64,000 bases of DNA, taken from an uncultured Saprospiraceae bacterium (lineage in GTDB: Bacteria > Bacteroidota > Bacteroidia > Chitinophagales > Saprospiraceae). This document shows positions 40,654 to 50,520 of this stretch, piece by piece; positions within the stretch are counted from its first letter, which is position 1; each line of letters begins with the position of its first letter. The position numbers and the translations under genes are program-made. Below the pieces are notes generated by a model. The model worked only from the letters and a program-made list of their open reading frames with translations. It was not told the origin of the DNA and did no database searches. The stretch covers positions 34,897 to 98,896 of the forward strand of contig CAZALD010000013.1 of NCBI GenBank assembly GCA_964486185.1, written 5' to 3'.

Positions 40654-41046
40654 TTAAAAATTATGATATTCTACATCATTGCCTGCTTTTAAACGAAGGC
40701 GATATTGTTTTCCCGCAGGTAATTTTCCAGCATCTATAGTTAATTCGCCATTGGAATTAATACTAAAACTGCTGGAACCATTGGGTACCAAACCACCATT
40801 CGGATCCAAAACATCATAGCTTAAGTCAATGCCCTGATGCCTTCCTCCGAAGGGTCTTGTTGTTAAGGTCTTGGTTGAGGCATCCTGGCCCATTTGTGCA
40901 GGGTAGCTGACATAAATAGCCGCACAACATTTCAAATCACTGATTGATGTTCTGGTTTTGGAACCCGTCGTGTTTACCTGTGCCAATAAACTACCTGTAA
41001 ACATCATGGCCAGAAACGCCATTGTACATAAAATTGCTTTTTTCAT
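40654..41046 (-). CDS. Small secreted hypothetical protein
   Basis: Signal peptide MKKAILCTMAFLAMMFTGSLLAQ followed by a beta-rich 130-aa ORF. Confidence 0.5.
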   Translation of the reverse strand: MKKAILCTMAFLAMMFTGSLLAQVNTTGSKTRTSISDLKCCAAIYVSYPAQMGQDASTKTLTTRPFGGRHQGIDLSYDVLDPNGGLVPNGSSSFSINSNGELTIDAGKLPAGKQYRLRLKAGNDVEYHNF

Positions 41047-41737
41047 AATTTATACATTTTTGATTAAATAAGTTAATTGTATTTCTGTTGATATGATAAT
41101 AGTACATAGTCGGATGTTAAAATAGTTATCAGAAAAAGAATTAAAAAAATGAATCCTTCCCGATTGAATAAATATAGCCATAATTTATTATTTGGTATGA
41201 AATTTCTGAATATTTTGACATAAAAGTTAAATTAACATGAAAAGTAGTGAATTGATTAAGTTAACTTAGAGTGTTGCAGATCTTTTTTAGTAAAGGGAAC
41301 CTCTAAAAATCTACTTATACTTCGTTATGCAAATTTTTTAAATACCTCATTTACAGAAGTAAAATCGGAATTTAAAAAATTTACATGCCTCGTCTAAGCG
41401 ATTTTTAGAGATTCCCTAAAGTATTAGCTTTAGAGATGCTGATCCGGTAAAATTGACAAATTCTAAATCCATAGCTGCAATTTCGTTAATCAGAAGATGA
41501 TTTATTCTATAATCCGGGGATAATCTTATGACGGATTTCAACAGTTTCAGTGGTAAAGAATTATAATATCTTTCTTATCTTTGTTAGTAACGATTTTTGA
41601 CATAAACTACTGGATAGAGTTACAATTATCAAATTTTCATTTTATAATTTAAGGGTGATAACAAAAACAACGGACCCACTATATTATCATACTAGACTGG
41701 ATTTAAATTCAAGTCAACGATATTAATTTTAGTAATT

Positions 41738-43732
41738 ATGAACTACTTAGGTGTACTTTTTTTCTTAATTTGTATCCTTTCCAGGTTATCAGGGCAAACC
41801 GGATCAGAGAAAAAAGCATTACTTATTGGTATTGGCAAATACCCGGCATCAGGAGGTTGGGCCAGTTTAAGTTCCTCTAATGATATTAAAATAATAAATG
41901 ATGCCCTGATAAAACAAGGATTTAAATCAGAAAATATAAAAGTGGTTTCTGATGAAAATGCAACCCGTCAAAATATTATAGATGCTATAAAAAAAGAATT
42001 GGTTTCCAGCGTAAAAAAAGGCGATATAGCTTATTTTCATTTTTCTGGTCATGGTCAGCAAAAACCAGATCAAGATGGAGATGAAATTGATGGTTATGAT
42101 GAATGCCTGGTGCCTTATGATTCTCCTAAAAAATTCCAGGCAGGTGTCAATGAAGGTCAGTTTCTGATAACTGATGATGAAATCGATGTGTTATTAACCG
42201 ATGTTAGAATACAACTGGGTACTAAAGGACATCTGTTTGTTTCTCTGGATGCTTGTCATTCCGGAACCGGAACACGCGGATCCGCGGTTGGCAGAGGCAG
42301 CACAGAACCTATGGCCGCACCTGATTATATTCAAAAATTGGCCCGGAATAAAAATTTAAAAGAAAATAATAACCTGAGTACTCGTGTTGTCAATTCCTCG
42401 GAAATTGCTCCAATGATTGCTTTTTTTGGGTCTTCTCAAAATCAAATTAATTATGAAATGACCAATGATCAGGGTGAACAATTTGGTTCGTTGAGTTATG
42501 CACTTTCAAAGCATTTGGTTTTATCAAAAAGTGGTGAATCGTATCGGGGCTTATTTGATAAAATTAAAGTAGAGATGGGATCAATTGCTCCAATGCAATT
42601 ACCCCAGGTTGAAGGCGATCTGGATCTGGAAATACTTAATGGTAAGTTATTAGGTTCGCCTGTATATTTTAATGTAATCTCAGCATCTGATGACGATAAC
42701 ATTATGATCAATGGTGGATTTTTGCAGGATCTCAGTGAAGGTTCAAAGCTTGGATTTTATCCAAGTGATACCAGGGAATTGGAAAAAGCCAAAGCTTTGG
42801 TTACCGGAACTATTTCTCAATGTAATCCAACTACTTCTGTAATAAGTCTGGATTCAATTGTCGAACCTCAATTATTAAAAAATTGCTGGGTTTATCTGTT
42901 GGAAAAAAACATGGGCAATTTGGTAGTCAACATTGCAATTGATGTAAAAGATCCTGTCGCAAAAGAAAAGATAAGTGCAAAATTATTATCCTATTCTTTT
43001 ATCAAAGAAAATAATTTAAATTCATCGTTGCTGATTGGCGAAGGTATTCTGGGTAATGGCGAAGCTTATATCTATTTGCGGACCAATCTGGGATATACCT
43101 TGGATAGTTTCAAATTAAAAATGATGAGCCAGGGCGCTATAATTCGGTTTAGTAAAAAAATCTTAGCATATCTTAAAGGGAGTGCATTACGTAAGCTTTC
43201 GCTTCAAAGTGAAGATTACCGACTTAGCTTTAAAATTGTTAAAATTAAAAATGGGAACGTACAATACAACGACAAATCCGAAATCATTACGCTTAAAGAA
43301 GATAATAGCGGCATGAAAAGTATGACTATTGGTGATACTTTTCAAATTCTGATTAAGAATGAAGGAATGCGTCCGGCTTATTTTACACTTATAGATATTC
43401 AGCCAGATAATATGATCACGATATTACTTCCCTCAGATTATCAGACTCCTGAAGAAATGAAAATTCTTCCTGGTATGGAAAAATTGATACCTAATTTCTG
43501 GCAGGTAGGGGAGCCCTTAGGAAATGAAGTATTTAAATTAATATCTTCGAGCAAAGCGATGGATTTAAAATCAACTTATGGTTCCCGTGGTGGCATTTCC
43601 AAAAATCCATTTGAAAAAATGATAGAAGATCTTGAAACCGAAGAATTTTACAGTACCCGGGGAAGCAAACCCGTTTCTACCGGGAGCGTTGAAATAAATA
43701 TGTATTCAGATTCATTTATAATAGTTAAATAA
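41738..43732 (+). CDS. Exported caspase-family (peptidase C14) protein with a DUF4384-like C-terminal region
   Basis: Signal peptide. Catalytic dyad contexts YFHFSGHGQQ (His105) and SLDACHSGTG (Cys173, codon 42254-42256). The C-terminal segment PAYFTLIDIQPDNMITILLPS...GNEVFKLISS resembles DUF4384. Confidence 0.8.
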   Translation: MNYLGVLFFLICILSRLSGQTGSEKKALLIGIGKYPASGGWASLSSSNDIKIINDALIKQGFKSENIKVVSDENATRQNIIDAIKKELVSSVKKGDIAYFHFSGHGQQKPDQDGDEIDGYDECLVPYDSPKKFQAGVNEGQFLITDDEIDVLLTDVRIQLGTKGHLFVSLDACHSGTGTRGSAVGRGSTEPMAAPDYIQKLARNKNLKENNNLSTRVVNSSEIAPMIAFFGSSQNQINYEMTNDQGEQFGSLSYALSKHLVLSKSGESYRGLFDKIKVEMGSIAPMQLPQVEGDLDLEILNGKLLGSPVYFNVISASDDDNIMINGGFLQDLSEGSKLGFYPSDTRELEKAKALVTGTISQCNPTTSVISLDSIVEPQLLKNCWVYLLEKNMGNLVVNIAIDVKDPVAKEKISAKLLSYSFIKENNLNSSLLIGEGILGNGEAYIYLRTNLGYTLDSFKLKMMSQGAIIRFSKKILAYLKGSALRKLSLQSEDYRLSFKIVKIKNGNVQYNDKSEIITLKEDNSGMKSMTIGDTFQILIKNEGMRPAYFTLIDIQPDNMITILLPSDYQTPEEMKILPGMEKLIPNFWQVGEPLGNEVFKLISSSKAMDLKSTYGSRGGISKNPFEKMIEDLETEEFYSTRGSKPVSTGSVEINMYSDSFIIVK

Positions 43733-43738
43733 AAAAAT

Positions 43739-45283
43739 ATGAAAGCGATTAATCTTGTAATTTTTGTTCTGCTTGCCATGTCGGTCAAGGCTCAGGATCT
43801 TCACATTTATTATGATGTGCATAATGACAGTATGTGGTATATGAAAAACAATGAAATTATCGAAGAGCCTATTGTTAAAAAAGGTAAACAAGTCTACTTT
43901 CACCTGGTTGAATTTAATAATTACATTTATCATGCAAAATTTAAGGCTTCGCAAAGTACGGTTCCATTTGGTACACATGTACCCAGTAATAGTTTGGTAA
44001 AAGGATTGTTCTCCGGTTTAATGAGTAGCTTTCTACCTGGTGCTGGAATGGCATTAATGGGCGGAAATCCATTGTTTGGAAATATATTAGGAATGATTCC
44101 AGGAATGAATGGTAACAATGCATCAAGGGGCGGTAATGATGAATTGCAGGCATTTGAATCAAAATTAAAAGAACTAGAAATTGCGAAAGAAGAAATCAAT
44201 AATTTAACTGTAGAAATCAATAATCGCAAAAAATCTGTTACCGCACTCAATACAACTTATGAATTTACCAATTCACTTTGTATGAATAAAAATGTGGCGC
44301 CTTCCAAAATAAAGGAGCTTTTATTAAATCATTGTAGTGAAATATTTTTAAAACCGTCAACTGAAAATATAGGGTTGGATGAAATTCCGAAGCTTAATGC
44401 TAAATTAATTGAAATTCCGGTCTTGGAAAAAACGCTTCAGAAAAAAATTGGTGATTATGCCATTAGTTTAAATGATTTAAAAAATCATCGGCTGCGATTA
44501 CAGCAAATAGATCATGGTGTAGATGCACTTTATCCGTTGATGAAAAAACTTGAGTCTACTGAAAATCAATATGAAAATTCTGTTAAGTTGATCGCTACGC
44601 AGATTGAAAATCAATGTGCAGTTCCTGATCCAAATACTAAATCAGATTATACAAGCCAGATTCAACAATTTTATTTTAAGTACCACGAAATCAAAGACAA
44701 TTCATTTTCTTATACACATCATGCTGAAGCTGAGCAAAAATACCTGATTTATGAGTTGGATTTATTTCAACAAGACAGTATGAGTTTAAAATCAGATGCA
44801 GATAAGAAAAGTATCAAACACATCGAGGTCAAGGTAAAAACATATGGAGGAACGCAGTTTGGAATGAGTGTAGGATTAACAGGTTCAAAGTATAACGAAG
44901 CACCTCAAAGTTATTACATACGCAATGATCTTATTTTTGCTACGGATGATGATAAATATGTCCCATTTATTACTTCTCTATTTAACCTGAGTTATGATGT
45001 GGGATCCTATTTATCCCCGGCAATTTCTTTGGGCATCGGGATACCAATTACCAAATCAGAAAGTATTGATAACATTGCCATTTTTGCAGGCCCCGGAGTA
45101 TACCTTGGCAGGAAACAAGCTTTTATGGTTTCGGCTGGAACCATGTTTTCAAAAGTCAATAGCTTGAGAAATGGTTTTAAAGTAGGCGATAAAATAAGTT
45201 TAGGTGATGGGGACATTCCGACATCTAAAAAATACAGTGTTGGTTACTTTATTAGCTTGACCTACAATATTTCTGCAATGTAA
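43739..45283 (+). CDS. Exported hypothetical protein: Gly/Met-rich segment, coiled coil and a beta-rich C-terminus
   Basis: Signal peptide ending VKAQD, then GLFSGLMSSFLPGAGMALMGGNPLFGNILGMIPGMNG and a heptad-like 150-aa region. The C-terminal 170 aa have an alternating pattern. The start is 6 nt after the caspase stop. Confidence 0.55.
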   Translation: MKAINLVIFVLLAMSVKAQDLHIYYDVHNDSMWYMKNNEIIEEPIVKKGKQVYFHLVEFNNYIYHAKFKASQSTVPFGTHVPSNSLVKGLFSGLMSSFLPGAGMALMGGNPLFGNILGMIPGMNGNNASRGGNDELQAFESKLKELEIAKEEINNLTVEINNRKKSVTALNTTYEFTNSLCMNKNVAPSKIKELLLNHCSEIFLKPSTENIGLDEIPKLNAKLIEIPVLEKTLQKKIGDYAISLNDLKNHRLRLQQIDHGVDALYPLMKKLESTENQYENSVKLIATQIENQCAVPDPNTKSDYTSQIQQFYFKYHEIKDNSFSYTHHAEAEQKYLIYELDLFQQDSMSLKSDADKKSIKHIEVKVKTYGGTQFGMSVGLTGSKYNEAPQSYYIRNDLIFATDDDKYVPFITSLFNLSYDVGSYLSPAISLGIGIPITKSESIDNIAIFAGPGVYLGRKQAFMVSAGTMFSKVNSLRNGFKVGDKISLGDGDIPTSKKYSVGYFISLTYNISAM

Positions 45284-45337
45284 TTTTAGAATTATAATCT
45301 TTCCTCCAGACTAAACAAAGAATAACAGATTAATACT

Positions 45338-45382
45338 CCAGGAATAGAATTTACTTTATAAATTGAAAAATTCTATTCCTGG
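45338..45382. terminator. 15-bp perfect hairpin between convergent genes
   Basis: ccaggaatagaattt ... aaattctattcctgg with a 15-nt loop. There is no strong T-run, so terminator function is uncertain. Confidence 0.45.
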
Positions 45383-45462
45383 TATATTCTAAAAGCAATC
45401 TTTTATTTAGTATAGTAAAGTTCAGAAATTCAAAGGGTCTATAAATACAATCGTATAGTTTT

Positions 45463-46842
45463 TTAATGCTGAAAAATTATTTTACCAGATGAAAAATCAC
45501 TTTGCAATTTTTCATAGATGGATTTTAATTCAGATTCTGTCCATTCATATTTTTCATCAAGACAAATTTTACTCAAAAGCATATCCTGCTTACGTCCCTG
45601 TATCATGGCATCCCTGTATCTGATATCAGGTCTGAATGTTACCATGGCATACTTTGAATAATACTCCGGAAAAAGTTTTTCAAGCTGCAGCTCAAGAATT
45701 CGCTTGCGTTGGAACACAGGATCAGCAACTTTATCTCTCATTTCTAAAAAATTATCTTCAGCAAGATCAGCTATGGCGTCTGCATCTGGTTTTCTCAGAC
45801 TTGAAAAATCTTCAAATAAAGTAAGCCAATCAGAATAGTTATTCAGCATATTATCAAAAACCAAAACATCTTCAAAGCCGCAATTCATTCCCTGACCGTA
45901 AAATGGAATTAATGCGTGTGCGGCATCCCCCATTAATAAAATGCGATCATCAAAATGCCAGGGTTCACATTTGACAGTATATAAATGACCCGTTGGGTTT
46001 TCAAAAAACTCCTGATGAAGATCAGGAATCCACTGAATGGCATCTGGAAAATTAATTTTAAAAAATTGATTTAGTGCATCTTTATTTTCCAAAGAATCAA
46101 ATCCATCATTTCCTTTGTAAGGTAAAAACAGGGTGGCTGTATAGGTTGCATCCGGATTGGGTAAAGCAATCATCATAAAATGCCCTCTGGGCCAGATATG
46201 TAATGCATTTTTCTCAATAACAAATGCATTGTTAGGACCCGGTGGAATAGTTAGTTCCTTATAACCATAATTTTGAAAAACCTGGCTATAATTAAATCTT
46301 AATTGTGGTGTGAAATCATATAGTAATTTTCGGGCAACAGATGATGCACCATCCGTTCCAATTAAGACACAATTTTCTTCAGTAATAAAAGTTTCTTCCT
46401 TTGTTTCAAAAATAAATTTTTGAAAATGATCTTCCTGAGAGACAAGCCGTGTTTTAAAATGGATAGCATTGGGTTTTATTTTTTCTATGGCATCCATCAA
46501 AATTTCGTTTAAAGTTTTTCTGGATATCGAATTAATATGTTCACCTGGACGACTGCTGTATTCCTGATAATTTAAATTACCCTGAATCGAATGAATCATC
46601 CGTCCTTTCATTTGAATTGCATGACTTAATATGTCTTTGTCGATTCCTGCCAGTTTTAAAGCCACAATACCGCGATGCGATAAAGCAAGATTTATAGATC
46701 GTCCGGCACTCATTTGTTCTTTTCTCAGATCGCTGCGGGATTCATAAATACTTACATCAAATCCCCGTTGCAATAATCGTAAACCCAGCAGACTGCCTAC
46801 CAAACCAGAGCCGGCAATAACAATTTTTTGTTTATGATCCAT
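45463..46842 (-). CDS. kmo: Kynurenine 3-monooxygenase (FAD-dependent)
   Basis: N-terminal dinucleotide fold IAGSGLVGSLLGL, the LMGDAAHA motif, about 460 aa, and an 11-nt overlap with kynureninase. Confidence 0.75.
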   Translation of the reverse strand: MDHKQKIVIAGSGLVGSLLGLRLLQRGFDVSIYESRSDLRKEQMSAGRSINLALSHRGIVALKLAGIDKDILSHAIQMKGRMIHSIQGNLNYQEYSSRPGEHINSISRKTLNEILMDAIEKIKPNAIHFKTRLVSQEDHFQKFIFETKEETFITEENCVLIGTDGASSVARKLLYDFTPQLRFNYSQVFQNYGYKELTIPPGPNNAFVIEKNALHIWPRGHFMMIALPNPDATYTATLFLPYKGNDGFDSLENKDALNQFFKINFPDAIQWIPDLHQEFFENPTGHLYTVKCEPWHFDDRILLMGDAAHALIPFYGQGMNCGFEDVLVFDNMLNNYSDWLTLFEDFSSLRKPDADAIADLAEDNFLEMRDKVADPVFQRKRILELQLEKLFPEYYSKYAMVTFRPDIRYRDAMIQGRKQDMLLSKICLDEKYEWTESELKSIYEKLQSDFSSGKIIFQH

Positions 46843-48100
46843 TTTTTAAGACTTCTTTTACAATTTGGACAAAATCATAGACTTCCGTAAATGTATTGTA
46901 AAATGGTACCGGTGCAATCCTGATTACATCGGGCTCACGCCAGTCTGCTACAACACCCCGTTTAGTGACTTGATCAAATACATTGCGGTTAGCATTTTTT
47001 ATTTTTATGGAAATCTGACATCCTCGTTCTGATTCATTTGAAGGAGTAATGATCGAAATATCCGGGTTATTTAACTCTTCTAGCAGTTCAAATAATAGTT
47101 TACTCAGAGCCATTGATTTATTTCTGAGATTGCCAATGCCGGCTTTAGTAAAAAGTTCAAAAGAAGCATTCAGACAAGCCATTGGTAAAATGGGAGGATT
47201 GCTAAGCTGCCATGCTTCAGCACCAACCATGGGTTCAAATTGAGCCTGCATCTTAAATCGTGTTTTCTTATTATGTCCCCACCATCCGCAAAATCTGGGA
47301 AGTTGGGTATTTTGAGAATGACGCTCATGAATAAAACATCCCGCCAGGCTACCTGGTCCGCCATTTAAATATTTATATCCGCACCAGATTGCAAAGTCAG
47401 GACCACTTTCATGCAAATTCAAAAGTAAATTTCCTGCACCGTGTGCCAAATCAAAACCAATCCTGCATCCGGATTGATGTGCCAGTCTGGTCATATGTGT
47501 AATAGGATACGCCTGGCCGGTATAATAATTTACTGAGCCAATTAGCGCCAGGGCAATTTGATTTCCTTCTTTTTGAAAAACATTTTCAATATTTTGAAGG
47601 GAAATATAATCCGTTCCGGCATCCGGTTCTAAAATAATTAATGAATCTTTCGGATCATATCCATGAAACCTGATTTGAGATTCTACCGCATATCTGTCTG
47701 ATGGGAAACTACTATATTCGATTAATATTTTATGTCGATTTTGAGTTGGCTTATAAAAAGAAACCATCATCAAATGAAGATTTACAGTCAAAGTATTCAT
47801 GACAATAGTTTCGATAGGTTTTGCACCTACAATCTCAGCCATGCGCTCAGTTAATAATTCATGGTAACTATACCATGGGTTTTTTGCTTTATGATGGCCT
47901 TCCACTCCATAAGCTGCCCAATCTGATAATTCCTGCACAACAAAATCTTTGGTACTGCGGGGTTGCAAACCCAGGGAATTACCACAGAAATAGATCAATT
48001 CTTTATTATCATTGGATTTTGGAATTAGAAATTCATTTCGAAACGATTTTAAAGAATCCGCTTCATCCAGCATTAATGCATCCGATCTTTGAAAATTCAT
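46832..48100 (-). CDS. kynU: Kynureninase (PLP-dependent)
   Basis: Conserved GYKYLNGGPG PLP-lysine region and WWGH. I prefer the ATG at 48100 over the TTG at 48118. Confidence 0.8.
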   Translation of the reverse strand: MNFQRSDALMLDEADSLKSFRNEFLIPKSNDNKELIYFCGNSLGLQPRSTKDFVVQELSDWAAYGVEGHHKAKNPWYSYHELLTERMAEIVGAKPIETIVMNTLTVNLHLMMVSFYKPTQNRHKILIEYSSFPSDRYAVESQIRFHGYDPKDSLIILEPDAGTDYISLQNIENVFQKEGNQIALALIGSVNYYTGQAYPITHMTRLAHQSGCRIGFDLAHGAGNLLLNLHESGPDFAIWCGYKYLNGGPGSLAGCFIHERHSQNTQLPRFCGWWGHNKKTRFKMQAQFEPMVGAEAWQLSNPPILPMACLNASFELFTKAGIGNLRNKSMALSKLLFELLEELNNPDISIITPSNESERGCQISIKIKNANRNVFDQVTKRGVVADWREPDVIRIAPVPFYNTFTEVYDFVQIVKEVLKNGS

Positions 48101-48306
48101 AAACAACTTTGAGCTCAAATTTAAGTAATTTGAATACAGGACAAGCTTCTGGTAGCTGACAAAGAAAAAATTATCTTTACTTTATTGAATATCAATTATT
48201 TAAAATAAATATACCCTGTCAAATTCGGCGGGTTTATTCATTGGCACTTGCTTTTATGCTTTATATGACTATGGTCATTTGTAAAGATTCCAATTAAATT
48301 CGCACT

Positions 48307-49233
48307 ATGGATTGGCATTCTGCAGTTACCGGATTTAAAAATTATCTGATTTTAGAAAAATCACTTGCTCCTAATTCCGTGGAAGCCTATTTGAGAGATG
48401 TGGATAAGCTTCAAATTTTTGCCGAACAGCAAGTGCCTAAACTGCACCCAGAATCTATTAAATTAAATAACATTGAAGATTTTTTAAGCTGGCTTCAGGA
48501 ATTTCATCTTGAAGACAGAACTCAGGCCCGAATAATAACAGGAATAAAAGCCTTTTATAAATTTCTAATATTGGAAGATCTCATTATGGATAATCCAGCT
48601 GAGCTCATTGATTCTCCAAAAATCAAACAAAAGATTCCGGATGTATTAAGTATTGACGATATTGATCAAATTATAAACGCTGTGGATCTTAGCGTGCCTC
48701 ATGGACATCGCAATAAAGCCATTTTGGAAACATTGTATTCCTGTGGTTTGCGTGTCAGTGAGCTATGCAATTTGCTGATGTCAAACATCCACGAAGATTC
48801 AGGGTTTATAAAAGTAATTGGAAAAGGTGATAAAGAGCGACTTGTTCCAATTGGCGAACAGGCTTTACAAGAAATTAATTTATACAAACAACATTTTCGC
48901 AAACAATTACCTGTGGTAAAGGGTCATGAAGATTATCTGTTTTTAAATCGTTTCGGAAAAAAAATATCGCGAATTACCATTTTTGAAATCGTCAAAGAAA
49001 ATACAGCAAAAGCAGGCATTCGCAAAGACGTCAGTCCGCATACTTTCAGACATTCTTTTGCTACACATCTTATCGAAGGAGGCGCCAGTTTAAGGGCAGT
49101 ACAGGAAATGCTGGGTCATGAAAGTATTACAACAACTGAAATTTACACACATCTCGACTTACACTATTTACGCGAAACTGTCATGAGATTTCATCCGATG
49201 AATCAAAAAAATACAAAAACTTCTGATCTTTAA
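48307..49233 (+). CDS. xerD: Tyrosine site-specific recombinase XerD-like
   Basis: SAM-like N-domain, GLRVSEL, and HTFRHSFATHLIEGGASLRAVQEMLGHESITTTEIYTH. Confidence 0.8.
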   Translation: MDWHSAVTGFKNYLILEKSLAPNSVEAYLRDVDKLQIFAEQQVPKLHPESIKLNNIEDFLSWLQEFHLEDRTQARIITGIKAFYKFLILEDLIMDNPAELIDSPKIKQKIPDVLSIDDIDQIINAVDLSVPHGHRNKAILETLYSCGLRVSELCNLLMSNIHEDSGFIKVIGKGDKERLVPIGEQALQEINLYKQHFRKQLPVVKGHEDYLFLNRFGKKISRITIFEIVKENTAKAGIRKDVSPHTFRHSFATHLIEGGASLRAVQEMLGHESITTTEIYTHLDLHYLRETVMRFHPMNQKNTKTSDL

Positions 49234-49264
49234 ATGATGCAATTGATTGAATTCGGGTTTGTAC

Positions 49265-49699
49265 TCAGGATCTTTTTCTGACAAATGTCAGAATCAGTAA
49301 AATCACGGAAGCAAATTTTACTAAATTAACCATAAGAAATAATGGAAAAGAAAGTCGTTCTGCATCCAAAGGTTCGCTCCAATACCTGAAATGTGGATAA
49401 TACTTTATCGGTATTGTTATTTTGGAAGAAAGACTTCCCTTACACCGGTCGTTTTCAGGAATTTTAAAATCAAGGACTTGATTATAGCCATCATAGCGTT
49501 GCTGATAAAGGATATTTTGAATTGAGTACTCATATAAGTACACCCTGTCGCCTTCACAACTGTGATTATAAATTTCGGCTTGACCTTTAATGGCAAAAAA
49601 TCGGAGGGCAATTGACCGGAAAGGATCTTCTACTCTGAAAAATGGTAAAATAAAAAAACAGGAAATAAAAAAAACAATAAGACGTAAGAACCAGATCAT
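49265..49699 (-). CDS. Hypothetical membrane protein (N- and C-terminal TM helices, DUF3592-like layout)
   Basis: ORF and topology only. Confidence 0.35.
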   Translation of the reverse strand: MIWFLRLIVFFISCFFILPFFRVEDPFRSIALRFFAIKGQAEIYNHSCEGDRVYLYEYSIQNILYQQRYDGYNQVLDFKIPENDRCKGSLSSKITIPIKYYPHFRYWSEPLDAERLSFPLFLMVNLVKFASVILLILTFVRKRS

Positions 49700-49743
49700 C
49701 TTTGATTATTATTTCCCAAAAGTATATAAATTTGACCATAGTA

Positions 49744-50517
49744 ATGAACCTCAAAGAAATCATAATTTCAACAAGTGGTAGAATCAAGCTGTCGGTTTTC
49801 AGGCTTTTGTCGAAATACAAACCCCTGGCCTGGTATTACAAGGGCTGTGTGTGGCTTGTGCTTTTTATTTTATTGCATTTTGTTTATCTGCTAGCCTTGA
49901 TATTGGTTTTTCCACCATTGACCACTACCCAATTCGGTAGTTTAATTAAAGGTGATGGACTAAAAAGAGACTATGTCAGTTTAAAAAATATTTCTTCTAA
50001 TGCGGTATTAGCAGTAATTGGTACAGAAGACCAATTATTTATGGAACATTATGGATTTGATATTGAGAGCATTGAAAAAGCTATTGAGCACAATAAGAAA
50101 CGTACTAAGAAAAAGCGTGGTGCATCATCAATCAGTCAACAGGTGGCAAAAAATGTATTTCTGTGGCAAGGCCGTTCCTGGATTCGCAAAGGTCTGGAAG
50201 TTTATTTTACATTAATGATCGAGACTTTATGGTCTAAAAAACGAATTATGGAAATGTATTTAAATGTTGCAGAAATGGGCCAGGGTATTTATGGAATTCA
50301 GGCAGCATCCAAATTGTATTTTAATAAAAATGCTAGTGAATTAAACAGGGAGGAGGCCGCTAAAATTGCAGCATGTTTGCCCAATCCAAAACGCTACAAA
50401 GTAAAACCCTTGTCTTCTTATGTTGCATATCGCTTGCCCTGGGTTTTACAACAAATGGATCAATTGGAATACGATGAAAATATTATGAAGTTATTAAAAA
50501 AAGCCAATTACAAATAA
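49744..50517 (+). CDS. mtgA: Monofunctional peptidoglycan glycosyltransferase (GT51)
   Basis: EDQLFMEHYGFD, GASSISQQVAKN, RKGLEVYFTLMIE. The start is moved to MNLKEII. Confidence 0.85.
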   Translation: MNLKEIIISTSGRIKLSVFRLLSKYKPLAWYYKGCVWLVLFILLHFVYLLALILVFPPLTTTQFGSLIKGDGLKRDYVSLKNISSNAVLAVIGTEDQLFMEHYGFDIESIEKAIEHNKKRTKKKRGASSISQQVAKNVFLWQGRSWIRKGLEVYFTLMIETLWSKKRIMEMYLNVAEMGQGIYGIQAASKLYFNKNASELNREEAAKIAACLPNPKRYKVKPLSSYVAYRLPWVLQQMDQLEYDENIMKLLKKANYK

Positions 50518-50520
50518 ATA

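Noticed and set aside
41738-45283. The caspase-like gene as part of a known gasdermin, CRISPR type III (CHAT/Craspase) or CBASS-type anti-phage module.
   Set aside because: No gasdermin-sized cytoplasmic partner, cyclase, SAVED/TPR-CHAT or cas genes are nearby, and both proteins carry signal peptides. I report it as an uncharacterised envelope pair instead.
48307-49233. The tyrosine recombinase as a possible marker of an integrated mobile element.
   Set aside because: The sequence and size fit chromosomal XerD. The flanking genes are housekeeping (kynU, mtgA), and I saw no att-like repeats, phage genes or transposase genes.
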